From a virus (lineage: Duplodnaviria; Caudoviricetes), in IMG/VR virus record IMGVR_UViG_3300030207_001546, positions 1-31,242 of that record: 31,242 nt of DNA. One strand, 5' to 3'. Of the stretch, positions 1-10,106 are shown in pieces. Numbering within the stretch: position 1 is the first letter of the stretch; each line of letters starts with the position of its first letter. The notes beneath the pieces were generated by a model that saw only the letters and a list, made by a program, of their open reading frames with translations, was not told the origin of the DNA and ran no database searches. A program made the position numbers and the translations under genes.

Positions 1-330
1 GTTATAGATAACTTACACACGTCAAAGGAGGAAAAGCTTGAAGCAGAAAAACAAATAAAAGATATGATAATGGGTTACGAAGCTGAAATGCAAAAGCAAG
101 TAACTGAAAGATGGAAAGTCGATATGGCTTCTGATTCTTGGTTATCAAAAAACATAAGGCCTTTAGTGCTTATATTTCTAGTAGTATCAACAGTGTTAAT
201 GATATTTATCGATGCTGGTGTTATTGCTTTTGAAGTAAAAGATACTTGGGTAGACTTATTACAACTAGTATTAATAACGGTGATTGGTGCTTACTTCGGT
301 GGTAGATCACTAGAAAAAGTAAAAAAATAA
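1..330 (+). CDS. Putative holin (GTA 3TM-holin-like), 5'-truncated
   Basis: Frame is open from base 1 (VIDNLHTSKEEKLEAEKQIKDMIMG...), so the true start lies upstream of the window. It has ERWKVDMASDSWLSKNIRP, two hydrophobic helices, and the YFGGRSLEK basic C-terminus typical of this holin family. Confidence 0.75.
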   Translation, partial: VIDNLHTSKEEKLEAEKQIKDMIMGYEAEMQKQVTERWKVDMASDSWLSKNIRPLVLIFLVVSTVLMIFIDAGVIAFEVKDTWVDLLQLVLITVIGAYFGGRSLEKVKK

Positions 331-740
331 TGGCAATAAAATCAGAAGGCACAAGTTATAGTTTTGGACAAAACGGTTCAATATTCACTAACACAAACAC
401 ACAAGTAGTTGCTCCAGACGATAGAGTTATAGTAGCTATACAATTTTTAGCTGACACCACGTTTGATGAGTTATCACCAGAAGGCGGTACGTCTGCTTTA
501 GGCGGGATATGTGTTGGTGATGCTACAAACGAAAAAGGAGCAGGTGCAGAAGTTTCTGCTGCAAACGGTAACACTGGTGGTATAATGAATGATGGTGCTA
601 GCGGTGGACAAATAATAAATGCAGGAGGTGATAGTAACCTAACTAAATTTCCAGCTGGTATGACTATATTCGGAAGATGGAGATCTTTTACTATAGATGC
701 AGATGCTGATGGAGGTGTAATAGCTTATCTAGGTTACTAA
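330..740 (+). CDS. Hypothetical protein, probable small beta-rich virion decoration protein
   Basis: 136-aa ORF coupled by TAATG overlaps at both ends. Gly/Thr/Ala-rich, ending FPAGMTIFGRW...GGVIAYLGY. Function inferred only from composition and context. Confidence 0.6.
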   Translation: MAIKSEGTSYSFGQNGSIFTNTNTQVVAPDDRVIVAIQFLADTTFDELSPEGGTSALGGICVGDATNEKGAGAEVSAANGNTGGIMNDGASGGQIINAGGDSNLTKFPAGMTIFGRWRSFTIDADADGGVIAYLGY

Positions 741-1489
741 TGTTGGGATTAGGTTTAGGTCTTTCAATGGATGAAGTATCTAGTGGTTTTGTACCTACAG
801 ATCTTGGCGCAACGCTTGTCTTGTGGTTGCAAAATACAGAAACCGGTGGTGAAACAAGTGATCAGAGTGGAACCGATGGTACTTCAGCAAATAGAATGAC
901 TTGGAGAGATAAATCTGGAAATGCTAATCATGCTTTTCAAGATACAACCGCTAATAAACCAACTATTGCAGAAGGTGGTATGGATTTTGAATTAGACGAA
1001 GCTGATCATTTGGATTTAGTGTCTAGTATAGACGGTGGACATCCAAACGCGTTTACAGTTTCTGTAGTAGTAAAAAGAGAAAGCTCTAGTGCACAAACAA
1101 CTATTCTTGGTGGTGGATCAACAGAGTTTATAACTTTTAAAAGTACAGATGACAAAATAGGAGTTAGAACATCTGGCACAAACGCTACAAATAGCACAAT
1201 TACTTTTGACGAAAGTGATTTGTGGCCAGTTGATTCAAAGTTTATATTAACAGTTACAAAAAGCGAAGAAGGTACTTTAAAGTTTTACAAAAATGGAGTT
1301 ATTAAAACAGAGTCAAGTGGCTCAAACTCAGTAAACCAAGGTCAAACTTTAGATTTTAATGTAGTAGGTACAAAAATAGGTTCAACAGGGCCTTTTGACG
1401 GTATAATATATGAGCTAATATATTGTAACAGCGAATTATCTGATGATAAACTAACAAAACTACATAATTGGCTAAAGCAATATATATAA
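740..1489 (+). CDS. Concanavalin A-like lectin/LamG-domain protein (putative head/tail fibre or adhesion protein)
   Basis: Motifs LVLWL...WRDKSGNANHAFQ...NKP, FTVSVVVK, LKFYKNG and FDGIIYELIYCNSELSD match the LamG-like jelly-roll pattern. N-terminus is MLGLGLGLS. Confidence 0.75.
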   Translation: MLGLGLGLSMDEVSSGFVPTDLGATLVLWLQNTETGGETSDQSGTDGTSANRMTWRDKSGNANHAFQDTTANKPTIAEGGMDFELDEADHLDLVSSIDGGHPNAFTVSVVVKRESSSAQTTILGGGSTEFITFKSTDDKIGVRTSGTNATNSTITFDESDLWPVDSKFILTVTKSEEGTLKFYKNGVIKTESSGSNSVNQGQTLDFNVVGTKIGSTGPFDGIIYELIYCNSELSDDKLTKLHNWLKQYI

Positions 1490-1514
1490 AATAATAACAA
1501 TTAAATTAAATAAA

Positions 1515-1760
1515 ATGGCAAAAACAAAAAAGGCAAAAAAGCCTACAAAAATTACTAATGATGAGTTGGATAATTTACAAAACGTTGTAAATGAAATAAA
1601 CAAGGCTCAAATGCAAATAGGTATATTTCAAACTAATATACATCAATTGCTTCACCACATAGCTGGTAAAAACGATGAATTAACTTTACTTAAAAACGGC
1701 TTTGAAAAAGAATATGGTACTTCAGATATTAATATTCTTGACGGTCATATAAATAAATAA
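1515..1760 (+). CDS. Hypothetical small coiled-coil protein
   Basis: 81 aa with a basic N-terminus, a heptad-like helical core and an A-rich upstream start context. Confidence 0.7.
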   Translation: MAKTKKAKKPTKITNDELDNLQNVVNEINKAQMQIGIFQTNIHQLLHHIAGKNDELTLLKNGFEKEYGTSDINILDGHINK

Positions 1761-1978
1761 TGAAATTAATTAGAAAAATAACTATAGGTAAAGACTATAA
1801 AAACGATGCTATGCATTATGCTGTTGGTCAAGAAGTTTATGGTGGCCACACTATATGCGATATAATAGAAGAAAAAGATAAGTATTCGGTGTATATTAAA
1901 AAAGGTAAAGAAGTTTTGCCTTGGAAAGATTTTAATAAGAATATGGCTATATCTGTAGAATATAATTTAGAATACTAA
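1760..1978 (+). CDS. Hypothetical protein
   Basis: 72 aa, TAATG-coupled to both neighbours; codon usage consistent with the cluster. Confidence 0.7.
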   Translation: MKLIRKITIGKDYKNDAMHYAVGQEVYGGHTICDIIEEKDKYSVYIKKGKEVLPWKDFNKNMAISVEYNLEY

Positions 1979-2568
1979 TGAAGTCGCCTTTTGACTTTGT
2001 TATAGAGCCAAAAGGTAATAGATATAACAACACTAAAAAAATTGGTGATAAAAATCTTATATTAAACACAGAGGTATTTAATCATCAATTTGTTAATAGA
2101 GAGGCTGTTGTTAAATCTATACCTACAGCTTACGAAACAGAGATACAACCAAACGATACTGTTGTAGTTCATCACAATGTTTTTAGACGTTGGCACGACG
2201 TTAAAGGTAGAGAAAGAAATAGTAGAAGTTTTTTTAACGAAAATACTTATTTAGTAAAACCAGATCAAATATTTTTATATAAAAGAAATAAAGACTGGGT
2301 TGCGCCAAAAGGGTATTGCTTTGTACAACCTATAAAACAAGAAAACATTTTAAGTCAAGAAAAAGAAAAGCCTTGTGTAGGTATAATTAAATACACAGAT
2401 GGTACTTTTAAAAAAGAAGAGCTTGTTGGCTTTACACCTTTTTCAACTTATGAGTTTATAATCGATGAAAAAAGATTATATAGAGTTATGACACAATTTA
2501 TTACAATTAAATATGAATATCAAGGAAACGAAAAGACTTATAATCCAAGCTGGGCACAGAGCAGTTGA
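1978..2568 (+). CDS. GroES/Cpn10-like co-chaperonin protein, apparently two tandem GroES-like units
   Basis: The pattern FVIEP...EAVVKSIP...IQPNDTVVVHH...YLVKPDQIF recurs as CFVQP...VGIIKY...ELVGF...YEFIIDEKRLYRV...I. Both resemble the GroES strand order. Ends at TGA and overlaps the next gene by 56 nt. Confidence 0.55.
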   Translation: MKSPFDFVIEPKGNRYNNTKKIGDKNLILNTEVFNHQFVNREAVVKSIPTAYETEIQPNDTVVVHHNVFRRWHDVKGRERNSRSFFNENTYLVKPDQIFLYKRNKDWVAPKGYCFVQPIKQENILSQEKEKPCVGIIKYTDGTFKKEELVGFTPFSTYEFIIDEKRLYRVMTQFITIKYEYQGNEKTYNPSWAQSS

Positions 2569-2791
2569 AGAGCTAATAAATGTAGCTAAAGAAAAAATTA
2601 TTACAAACACAGAAGATGACGTTAGTGCTGATAGATTAAAAAACGCTGCTGCTACTAAAAAGCTTGCAATATTTGATGCGTTTGAAATACTTAACAGAGT
2701 TCAAGAAGAAGAAAACTTGCTTGAAGGTAAAACGCCTGAAAAAGCAGAGAAAAAAGTTTTTAAAGGATTCGCAGAAGGTAGATCTAAGTAA
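2513..2791 (+). CDS. Putative terminase small subunit
   Basis: 92-aa helical protein immediately upstream of, and TAATG-coupled to, the large terminase. Assignment is positional. Confidence 0.5.
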   Translation: MNIKETKRLIIQAGHRAVEELINVAKEKIITNTEDDVSADRLKNAAATKKLAIFDAFEILNRVQEEENLLEGKTPEKAEKKVFKGFAEGRSK

Positions 2792-5007
2792 TGTATAATC
2801 AAAGTTTAGTAAAGGTTGTAGAACCTATAAAGAAAACAACAATCACGAGATTAAATCGTGGTAAAAAATGGAAATATGGATATGATAAAGAACACGATAT
2901 TATCGTTATATCAAAAACTGGTAAAATTGGTGAAATACTTGAAATACAAAATCTTCAAATTGCTTTACCACCTGTGCCCTTGCAAGTACATAGAATGCAA
3001 GAAAACAAATGGCAAAAAATAAATTATCCAAAAGAGTTAGGTAAACTTAAAAATATATTTGACTGGAGAGCTTATCCAGAAGAGCAAAAAGATAAATGGT
3101 TTGACTATATAGATGAAGAGTTTAAATATAGAGAAGAGGGTTTTTGGTTTGTAAACAATAATAAACCTACTTATATAACAGGTAGTCATTATATGTATCT
3201 ACAATGGAGTAAAATAGATGTAGGTGCACCAGATTACAGAGAAGCAAACAGGTTATTTTTTATATTTTGGGAAGCGTGTAAAGCTGATAAAAGATGCTAT
3301 GGTATGTGCTATCTTAAAAACAGAAGATCTGGTTTTAGTTTTATGTCTTCTGCAGAAACAGTTAATTTAGCCACAATATCAAGTGATAGTAGATATGGTA
3401 TATTATCTAAAAGTGGTGCAGATGCTAAAAAAATGTTTACAGACAAAGTTGTTCCTATATCGGTCAACTATCCTTTCTTTTTTAAACCGATACAAGACGG
3501 TATGGACAGGCCTAAGTCTGAACTTGCTTACCGTGTGCCTGCAAGTAAGTTTACGCGTAAAAAAATTACTGCGAACGAAAAGCAGGAAGACTTGGTTGGA
3601 CTTGATACTACTATTGACTGGAAAAATACTGGCGATAATAGTTACGATGGTGAGAAACTAAGTTTATTAGTTCATGATGAAAGTGGTAAGTGGGAAAGAC
3701 CTGACAACATATTAAACAACTGGAGAGTTACAAAAACTTGTTTAAGATTAGGTGCTAAAATTGTAGGTAAATGCATGATGGGTAGCACCAGCAACGCTTT
3801 AGATAAAGGTGGTGGTAATTTTAAAAAACTATACAATGATTCAGACGTTACACAAAGAAATCGTAATGGACAAACAAAGTCTGGTTTATATTCTCTTTTT
3901 ATCCCAATGGAATGGAACTACGAAGGCTTTATTGACCAATATGGACAACCAGTCTTTAATAACCCATGTGATGATGTTATCGGACCAGACGGTGAATTAA
4001 TAGATTACGGTATAATAGATCATTGGAACAACGAGGCTGAAGGTTTAAAAAACGATCAAGATGCTTTAAACGAGTTTTACAGACAATTTCCAAGAACTGA
4101 AGAACACGCGTTTAGAGACGAAGCTAAAAACAGTATATTCAACTTAGTTAGATTATACGAGCAAATAGACTACAATGAAGGAGTTGGTTCTTCTGCTAAT
4201 ATAAGCACTGGTAATTTTCAATGGGTAAACGGAGTAAAAGACACAAACGTTATATTTTATCCAGATCCAAAAGGTAGGTTTAAAATAAGCTGGATGCCTA
4301 AAATTGAAATACAAAATAAAGTCGTAATTAAAAATGGTATAAAGTACCCTGGTAACGAGCACTTAGGAGCTTTTGGATGTGATAGTTATGACATATCAGG
4401 AACAGTAGATGGTAGAGGCTCTAATGGCGCTCTTCACGGGCTCTCAAGGTTTAGTATGGAAGACTGTCCACCAAATCAGTTTTTTTTAGAATACATAGCT
4501 AGACCCGCTACAGCTGATATATTTTTTGAAGATGTGTTAATGGCTTGTGTGTTTTACGGCATGCCAATATTAGCAGAAAATAATAAGCCACGTTTGCTTT
4601 ATCATTTTAAAAGAAGAGGTTATAGAGGTTTTAGTATGAATAGACCTGATAAAGTGTGGAACAAATTATCTGTTGCTGAAAAAGAAATAGGTGGTATACC
4701 AAACTCTAGTGAAGATATAAAACAAGCTCATGCCGCGGCTATTGAAATGTATATACAACAGCACGTTGGTCATTTAGGTGATGGTAATTATGGTAACATG
4801 TATTTTAACAGAACACTTAATGATTGGTCAAAGTTTGATATAACTAAAAGAACTAAATACGATGCGACTATTAGTTCTGGTTTAGCTGTTATGGCTTGTA
4901 ACAAACACCTTTACAGACCTATTGCTGACAAGCAACAAACAAAACTAAATATAAATATTGCCAAGTATTCTAATACTGGTAGTATGTCAAAAATAATTAA
5001 ACAATAA
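2791..5007 (+). CDS. terL: Terminase large subunit
   Basis: Walker A variant LKNRRSGFS, Walker B LLVHDESGKW, coupling motif MGST, and RNase H-like nuclease acidic motifs GAFGCDSYD, ILAENN and YDATIS; 738 aa. Confidence 0.93.
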   Translation: MYNQSLVKVVEPIKKTTITRLNRGKKWKYGYDKEHDIIVISKTGKIGEILEIQNLQIALPPVPLQVHRMQENKWQKINYPKELGKLKNIFDWRAYPEEQKDKWFDYIDEEFKYREEGFWFVNNNKPTYITGSHYMYLQWSKIDVGAPDYREANRLFFIFWEACKADKRCYGMCYLKNRRSGFSFMSSAETVNLATISSDSRYGILSKSGADAKKMFTDKVVPISVNYPFFFKPIQDGMDRPKSELAYRVPASKFTRKKITANEKQEDLVGLDTTIDWKNTGDNSYDGEKLSLLVHDESGKWERPDNILNNWRVTKTCLRLGAKIVGKCMMGSTSNALDKGGGNFKKLYNDSDVTQRNRNGQTKSGLYSLFIPMEWNYEGFIDQYGQPVFNNPCDDVIGPDGELIDYGIIDHWNNEAEGLKNDQDALNEFYRQFPRTEEHAFRDEAKNSIFNLVRLYEQIDYNEGVGSSANISTGNFQWVNGVKDTNVIFYPDPKGRFKISWMPKIEIQNKVVIKNGIKYPGNEHLGAFGCDSYDISGTVDGRGSNGALHGLSRFSMEDCPPNQFFLEYIARPATADIFFEDVLMACVFYGMPILAENNKPRLLYHFKRRGYRGFSMNRPDKVWNKLSVAEKEIGGIPNSSEDIKQAHAAAIEMYIQQHVGHLGDGNYGNMYFNRTLNDWSKFDITKRTKYDATISSGLAVMACNKHLYRPIADKQQTKLNINIAKYSNTGSMSKIIKQ

Positions 5008-5009
5008 AT

Positions 5010-7403
5010 ATGGCTGGATCATACAGAAATACTTTCCCAAGTCAAGTTGTTAGCGATGACGAAAAAAGAAGCGTTGAATATGGCTTGAAAATTGGAGAAG
5101 CCATCGAAAATGAGTGGTTTAACGAAAAACACGGTCATTTTGGTAGCAACAGATATAATAATAATATAAGAAATTTTCACACTTTACGTTTATACGCTAG
5201 AGGAGAGCAGTCAATACAAAAATATAAAGATGAGTTATCTATAAACGGTGATTTAAGTTATTTAAATTTAGACTGGAAGCCAGTGCCTATTATACCAAAG
5301 TTTGTTGATATAGTTGTTAACGGTATAGCTGAACGAATGTATAGTGTTAAGGCTTATGCTCAAGACCAGTATGGCGTTAGTAAAAGAAATAGTCACATGC
5401 AATCTATTTTAAAAGACATGAAAACTAGTTCTTTAAACACGCTTGTAGAAAATGAACTTGGCATAGATCTTACATCAAACCCACAAGAAACTTTACCTAG
5501 AACTAAAGAAGAGCTAGATCTACACATGCAATTAACATATAAGCAAGGTGTTGAAATAGCAGAAGAACAAGCTATAAAAGTATTGTTAGAAGGTAGTAAG
5601 TATGAGCTTACTAGAAAACGTTTGTTTTATGATTTAGCTACTATAGGTATAGCTGCAGCTAAAACAGAGTTTAACACATCTCAAGGTGTTACTGTTAGTT
5701 ATGTTGATCCTGCTAAATTAATATACTCTTATACAGAATCACCTTATTTTGATGATATATATTATGTTGGTGAAGTAAAAACAATACCTGTTAACGAGTT
5801 AAAAAAACAGTTTCCGTATTTAACTAATGAAGATTTAAAAGAAATAACAGAAGGTAAAGGTTCTAGATCTAAGTATCTAAATACTTATCCTAATTACGAA
5901 GAAGATAAAAACAAAGTACAAGTGCTTTATTTTAATTATAAAACTTATATGAACAATGTTTATAAAGTTAAAAGCACTGGTAGTGGAGGTGAAAAAGCTA
6001 TAAAAAAAGATGATAACTTTAATCCACCAGAAGATAAAAAAGGTAACTTTACAAAAATTCAAAATAGTTACGAAGTTTTATTTGAAGGTGTTAAAATAGT
6101 TGGCACTAAGTATTTGTTAAAATGGCAAATGGCTAAAAATATGATTAGACCAAAAAGCGATTTTACAAAAGTAAAAATGAACTATGCTATTGTAGCACCA
6201 AGACTTTACAATAACAAAATAGAAAGTTTAGTTGGTAGAATAACTGGTTTTGCTGATATGATACAGTTGACACATTTAAAGTTGCAACAAGTAATGTCAC
6301 GTATGGTTCCAGATGGTATATATTTAGATGCGGATGGTTTAGCTGAAATAGATTTAGGTAACGGTACTAACTATAATCCGCAAGAAGCCTTGAATATGTT
6401 TTTCCAAACTGGTAGTATTATAGGTAGATCTTTTACTGGTGATGGAGATATGAACCCTGGTAAAATACCTATTCAAGAAATAGCTAGTAGAGACGGTGGT
6501 AGTAAAATGCAAAGCTTAATAGGTACTTACAACTATTACTTACAAATGATAAGAGATGTAACAGGGCTTAACGAAGCTACGGATGGTAGTATGCCTGAAA
6601 AATACTCTTTAGTTGGAGTGCAAAAAATGGCGGCTGCAAATAGTAACACAGCTACTAGACATATATTGCAAGCGGGTAGATATATAACTCAAGAAATAGC
6701 AGAGGCTTTATCACTTAGAATATCTGATATTATAGAGTACTCACCAACAAGAAACGCATTTATACAACAGCTAGGCGCTCATAACGTATCTACACTAGAA
6801 GAAATGTCTAACTTACACTTATATGATTTTGGTATATTTGTAGAGTTAATGCCTGATGCAGAAGAAAAACAATTACTTGAAAATAATATTCAAGTCGCGT
6901 TAGGACAACAAAGTATAGAACTAGAAGATGCTATAGATATTAGAGAAGTAAAAAATATAAAACTAGCTAATCAGCTTTTAAAAGTTAGAAGAAAACACAA
7001 AATGGAAAGAGACAGAGAGCAGCAAGCTTTAATACAACAGTCTCAAGCGCAAGCAAACATACAACAACAAGAGGCGGCTGCTCAATTAGAAATGCAGAAA
7101 AAACAAACTGAATCTCAAATGGCTTTACAGTTAGAACAAATGAGAGCGGAGTTAGAGTCTAATAGAATGATGCAAGAAGCTCAAATAAAACAACAGATGT
7201 TACAATTAGAGCATAGCTTACAAGTAAAGTTAGAAGAGTCAAAAGGCGCTAACAAAGAGTTTGACATGCAAAGATATAAAGAAGACCGTAAAGACGAAAG
7301 AACAAAAATTCAAGCAACTCAACAAAGTGAGTTAATTGATCAAAGAAACAATGAGAAACCAGCTAAGAATTTTCAAGAAGATTCAATTGGTGGATTAATG
7401 TAA
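5010..7403 (+). CDS. Portal protein
   Basis: 797 aa directly after terL. Contains PIIPKFVDIVVNG and IRDVTGLNEATDG, and a long Q/E-rich C-terminal coiled coil (barrel) as in P22/crAss-type portals. Confidence 0.88.
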   Translation: MAGSYRNTFPSQVVSDDEKRSVEYGLKIGEAIENEWFNEKHGHFGSNRYNNNIRNFHTLRLYARGEQSIQKYKDELSINGDLSYLNLDWKPVPIIPKFVDIVVNGIAERMYSVKAYAQDQYGVSKRNSHMQSILKDMKTSSLNTLVENELGIDLTSNPQETLPRTKEELDLHMQLTYKQGVEIAEEQAIKVLLEGSKYELTRKRLFYDLATIGIAAAKTEFNTSQGVTVSYVDPAKLIYSYTESPYFDDIYYVGEVKTIPVNELKKQFPYLTNEDLKEITEGKGSRSKYLNTYPNYEEDKNKVQVLYFNYKTYMNNVYKVKSTGSGGEKAIKKDDNFNPPEDKKGNFTKIQNSYEVLFEGVKIVGTKYLLKWQMAKNMIRPKSDFTKVKMNYAIVAPRLYNNKIESLVGRITGFADMIQLTHLKLQQVMSRMVPDGIYLDADGLAEIDLGNGTNYNPQEALNMFFQTGSIIGRSFTGDGDMNPGKIPIQEIASRDGGSKMQSLIGTYNYYLQMIRDVTGLNEATDGSMPEKYSLVGVQKMAAANSNTATRHILQAGRYITQEIAEALSLRISDIIEYSPTRNAFIQQLGAHNVSTLEEMSNLHLYDFGIFVELMPDAEEKQLLENNIQVALGQQSIELEDAIDIREVKNIKLANQLLKVRRKHKMERDREQQALIQQSQAQANIQQQEAAAQLEMQKKQTESQMALQLEQMRAELESNRMMQEAQIKQQMLQLEHSLQVKLEESKGANKEFDMQRYKEDRKDERTKIQATQQSELIDQRNNEKPAKNFQEDSIGGLM

Positions 7404-7434
7404 AACATTTTTATTAATTATATAATATTTTATT
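7404..7434 (+). promoter_or_regulatory. AT-only leader (TTATATAATATTTTATT-ATG), candidate promoter/translation-initiation element
   Basis: Contains TATAAT and closely resembles the leader before the gene at 10107. Confidence 0.3.
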
Positions 7435-8565
7435 ATGGCAAAAGAAACAAAAAAGCCAGAGGTGGCTAAAGAAGAACCTAAAGTTGACGAAACAGTTGAC
7501 AAGTTAAAAATTAAAAAGAAGCCAAAAAAGTTTGCTTCAAAAGAAACAAAAGACACTGTTAAAGTTGATTTAAAAGAATTAGCTCAAAAAGCAGAGGACG
7601 TGGTAAAAGTTGATTTAAAAAATCCAGAACCACAAAAGGTTGAAGAGATAAAACCTGTTGAAAAACCAGAAGAGAAAAAAGAAGAAACGCCTTTACTAGA
7701 AGAAGTTAAAGAAACTAAAAAAGTAACTAAGGCGCCAGAGCCTCCAAAAATAGAGCTACCTGAAAATGTTCAAAAGTTAATGAACTTTATGAATGAAACA
7801 GGAGGAGATATAAACGATTACGTTGAACTTAATAGAGATTATAAAGATTTAGATAACGATACTTTACTTAGAGAGTATTATAGTAAAACTAAACCTCATT
7901 TAAGTCAAGACGAAGTTCAGTTTTTAATAGAAGACAATTTCTTTTATGATGAAAACAGAGACAACGAAAAAGAAATAAAAAGAAAAAAACTAGCGTTAAA
8001 AGAGCAAGTTGCCGACGCTAGACAGCACCTAGACGGCTTAAAGTCTAAATACTATGAAGATATCAAAGCTGGAAGTAAGTTAACTGCAGAACAACAAAAA
8101 GCTATTGATTTCTTTAACACATACAATGAAGAATCGAAGGTTGCAGAAAAAGTAACAAGCGAATTTTTAAGTAAAACTGACGATGTTTTTAATGACGAGT
8201 TTAAAGGATTTAATTACAAAGTTGGTGATAAAACTTATAGATTTAACGTTAACAATGCGCAAGAGATCAAAACCAGTCAGAGTGACATTAATAATTTTGT
8301 AGGGAAGTTCCTTAACGAAAACAATACAATGCAAGACGCTGAAGGTTATCACAAAGGTCTTTTTACCGCAATGAACGCTGATCAAATCGCTAATCACTTT
8401 TACAATCAAGGTAAAGCAGATGCTTTAAAAGAGAGCACTACTAACGTTAAAAACATTGACATGACACCAAGACAGGCTCATGAAGATGCGCCAACAAGTG
8501 GTATAAAAGCTAAAGCCTTAGACCTTGACACTACGCCTAGATTTGGATTTAAAAAACGAAAATAA
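7435..8565 (+). CDS. Putative capsid scaffolding protein
   Basis: Lies between portal and capsid genes. Very K/E/P-rich disordered N-terminus followed by helical/coiled-coil regions; 376 aa. Confidence 0.7.
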   Translation: MAKETKKPEVAKEEPKVDETVDKLKIKKKPKKFASKETKDTVKVDLKELAQKAEDVVKVDLKNPEPQKVEEIKPVEKPEEKKEETPLLEEVKETKKVTKAPEPPKIELPENVQKLMNFMNETGGDINDYVELNRDYKDLDNDTLLREYYSKTKPHLSQDEVQFLIEDNFFYDENRDNEKEIKRKKLALKEQVADARQHLDGLKSKYYEDIKAGSKLTAEQQKAIDFFNTYNEESKVAEKVTSEFLSKTDDVFNDEFKGFNYKVGDKTYRFNVNNAQEIKTSQSDINNFVGKFLNENNTMQDAEGYHKGLFTAMNADQIANHFYNQGKADALKESTTNVKNIDMTPRQAHEDAPTSGIKAKALDLDTTPRFGFKKRK

Positions 8566-8589
8566 TTAATAATTTAAAACTTTAAAAAA

Positions 8590-10038
8590 ATGGCAATTTC
8601 ATTAGGAGGTAGTTTAAATAGTGTTGCGCTTCCACAAAAGCAAACATTATCTACAAACTACATTGATTTTACAGACAGCAACACATCAGGTTGGGCACAA
8701 CAATACTTGCCTGACTTAATGGAGCAAGAAGCTGAAGTATTTGGAAACAGATCTATTTCAGGTTTTTTATCTCAAGTTGGTGCAGAAGAAGCTATGGCTT
8801 CAGACCAAGTAATCTGGTCAGAACAAGGTAGATTACACCTTTCTTACAACGGTACTACACATGCGTCTAACGAAACTATTACTATTGGTAATGATATCGA
8901 TGGACAAACTGCGGGTGCTGCTCATGGTATCAGAAAAAACGATATGGTATTAATTACTAGTGCTACTAAAACTGCTAGAGCAATAGTTACTTCAGATCAC
9001 GGTAACACTGCGTCTAACGCTGTTATTACTGTAGCAACTTACGACGGTGTAGACTTACAAACTGCTATAGGTGGTTCTACCGCTGTAGTAGTTCTTGTTT
9101 ACGGTTCTGAGTACAAAAAAGGTGACACTGGTAGAGACGGTGCTAACACGCCACAGTTCAAAACTTTCAAAAACAAGCCAATCATATTAAAAGATAAATA
9201 TGAGATCTCTGGATCTGATGTTTCTCAAATTGGTTGGGTTGAAATATCAGGTGAAGAAGGACAAAGTGGTTACATGTGGTATTTAAAAGCTGAAGGTGAT
9301 ACTAGAGCTCGTTTTACTGATTACTTAGAAATGGCAATGTTAGAATCTGTTGACGCTACTATTGCCTCTGGTTCTACTGGTGTTGATAATTTCTTAGGTA
9401 CTGATAACGAAGGTTTATATGGTACTCAAGGTTTATTTAACGCTATTGAAACTAGAGGTATGGCTACATCTGGTATTAGCGGTGTTAATTACGCTACTGA
9501 CTTAGCTGAGTTCGACGCGATACTTGCTGAGTTTGACAAGCAAGGTTCTATTGAAGAGAACATGATGTTTGTTAACAGAAATGTATCTTTAGCTATTGAT
9601 GACATGTTAGCTGGTATCAACGGTGGTTACGCTGGTGGTGCTTCTTATGGTGTTTTTGATAACGAAGAAGATATGGCTTTAAACTTAGGTTTCTCTGGTT
9701 TCAGAAGAGGATCTTACGACTTTTACAAGTCTGACTTTAAATACCTTAATGATAAAGGTACGAGAGGTGGTTTATTAGACACTGTTAATGCTATCAGAGG
9801 GGTTATTATACCAGCTGGTGTTTCTTCAGTTTATGATCAAACGTTAGGTAAAAACTTAAAGAGACCATTCTTACACGTTCGTTATAGAGCTTCACAAACT
9901 GACGACAGAAGAATGAAGACTTGGGTTACTGGCTCTGTTGGAGCTACTACGTCTGATTTAGACGCGATGGAGATCCACTACTTATCTGAGAGATGTTTAA
10001 TTACTCAAGGTGCTAATAACTTTATGTTAATCAACTAA
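8590..10038 (+). CDS. Major capsid protein (HK97 fold expected)
   Basis: 482 aa following the scaffold, with strongly biased codon usage (ggt/gct/act/aac/ttc) and a downstream terminator. Motifs WSEQGRLH, PIILKDKYEISGSD, LGFSGFRRGSYDFYK and HYLSERCL resemble Bacteroidetes podophage capsids. Confidence 0.87.
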   Translation: MAISLGGSLNSVALPQKQTLSTNYIDFTDSNTSGWAQQYLPDLMEQEAEVFGNRSISGFLSQVGAEEAMASDQVIWSEQGRLHLSYNGTTHASNETITIGNDIDGQTAGAAHGIRKNDMVLITSATKTARAIVTSDHGNTASNAVITVATYDGVDLQTAIGGSTAVVVLVYGSEYKKGDTGRDGANTPQFKTFKNKPIILKDKYEISGSDVSQIGWVEISGEEGQSGYMWYLKAEGDTRARFTDYLEMAMLESVDATIASGSTGVDNFLGTDNEGLYGTQGLFNAIETRGMATSGISGVNYATDLAEFDAILAEFDKQGSIEENMMFVNRNVSLAIDDMLAGINGGYAGGASYGVFDNEEDMALNLGFSGFRRGSYDFYKSDFKYLNDKGTRGGLLDTVNAIRGVIIPAGVSSVYDQTLGKNLKRPFLHVRYRASQTDDRRMKTWVTGSVGATTSDLDAMEIHYLSERCLITQGANNFMLIN

Positions 10039-10051
10039 GCACTTATTATTA

Positions 10052-10082
10052 AAAGTCGAGGCTTCGGCCTCGGCTTTATTTT
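10052..10082 (+). terminator. Intrinsic terminator after the capsid gene
   Basis: 11-bp stem AAAGTCGAGGC-TTCG-GCCTCGGCTTT (one G-U pair) with a cUUCGg tetraloop, followed by ATTTT. Confidence 0.85.
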
Positions 10083-10106
10083 ACTAATTTTATTATATAT
10101 TATATT

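Noticed and set aside
64-66. ATG at 64 as the holin start
   Set aside because: The frame is open and protein-like back to base 1, so the gene is more likely truncated by the window edge.
3383-4000. Alternative-frame + strand ORFs 3383-3661 and 3809-4000
   Set aside because: Nested out of frame inside terL across its conserved ATPase region; no independent support.
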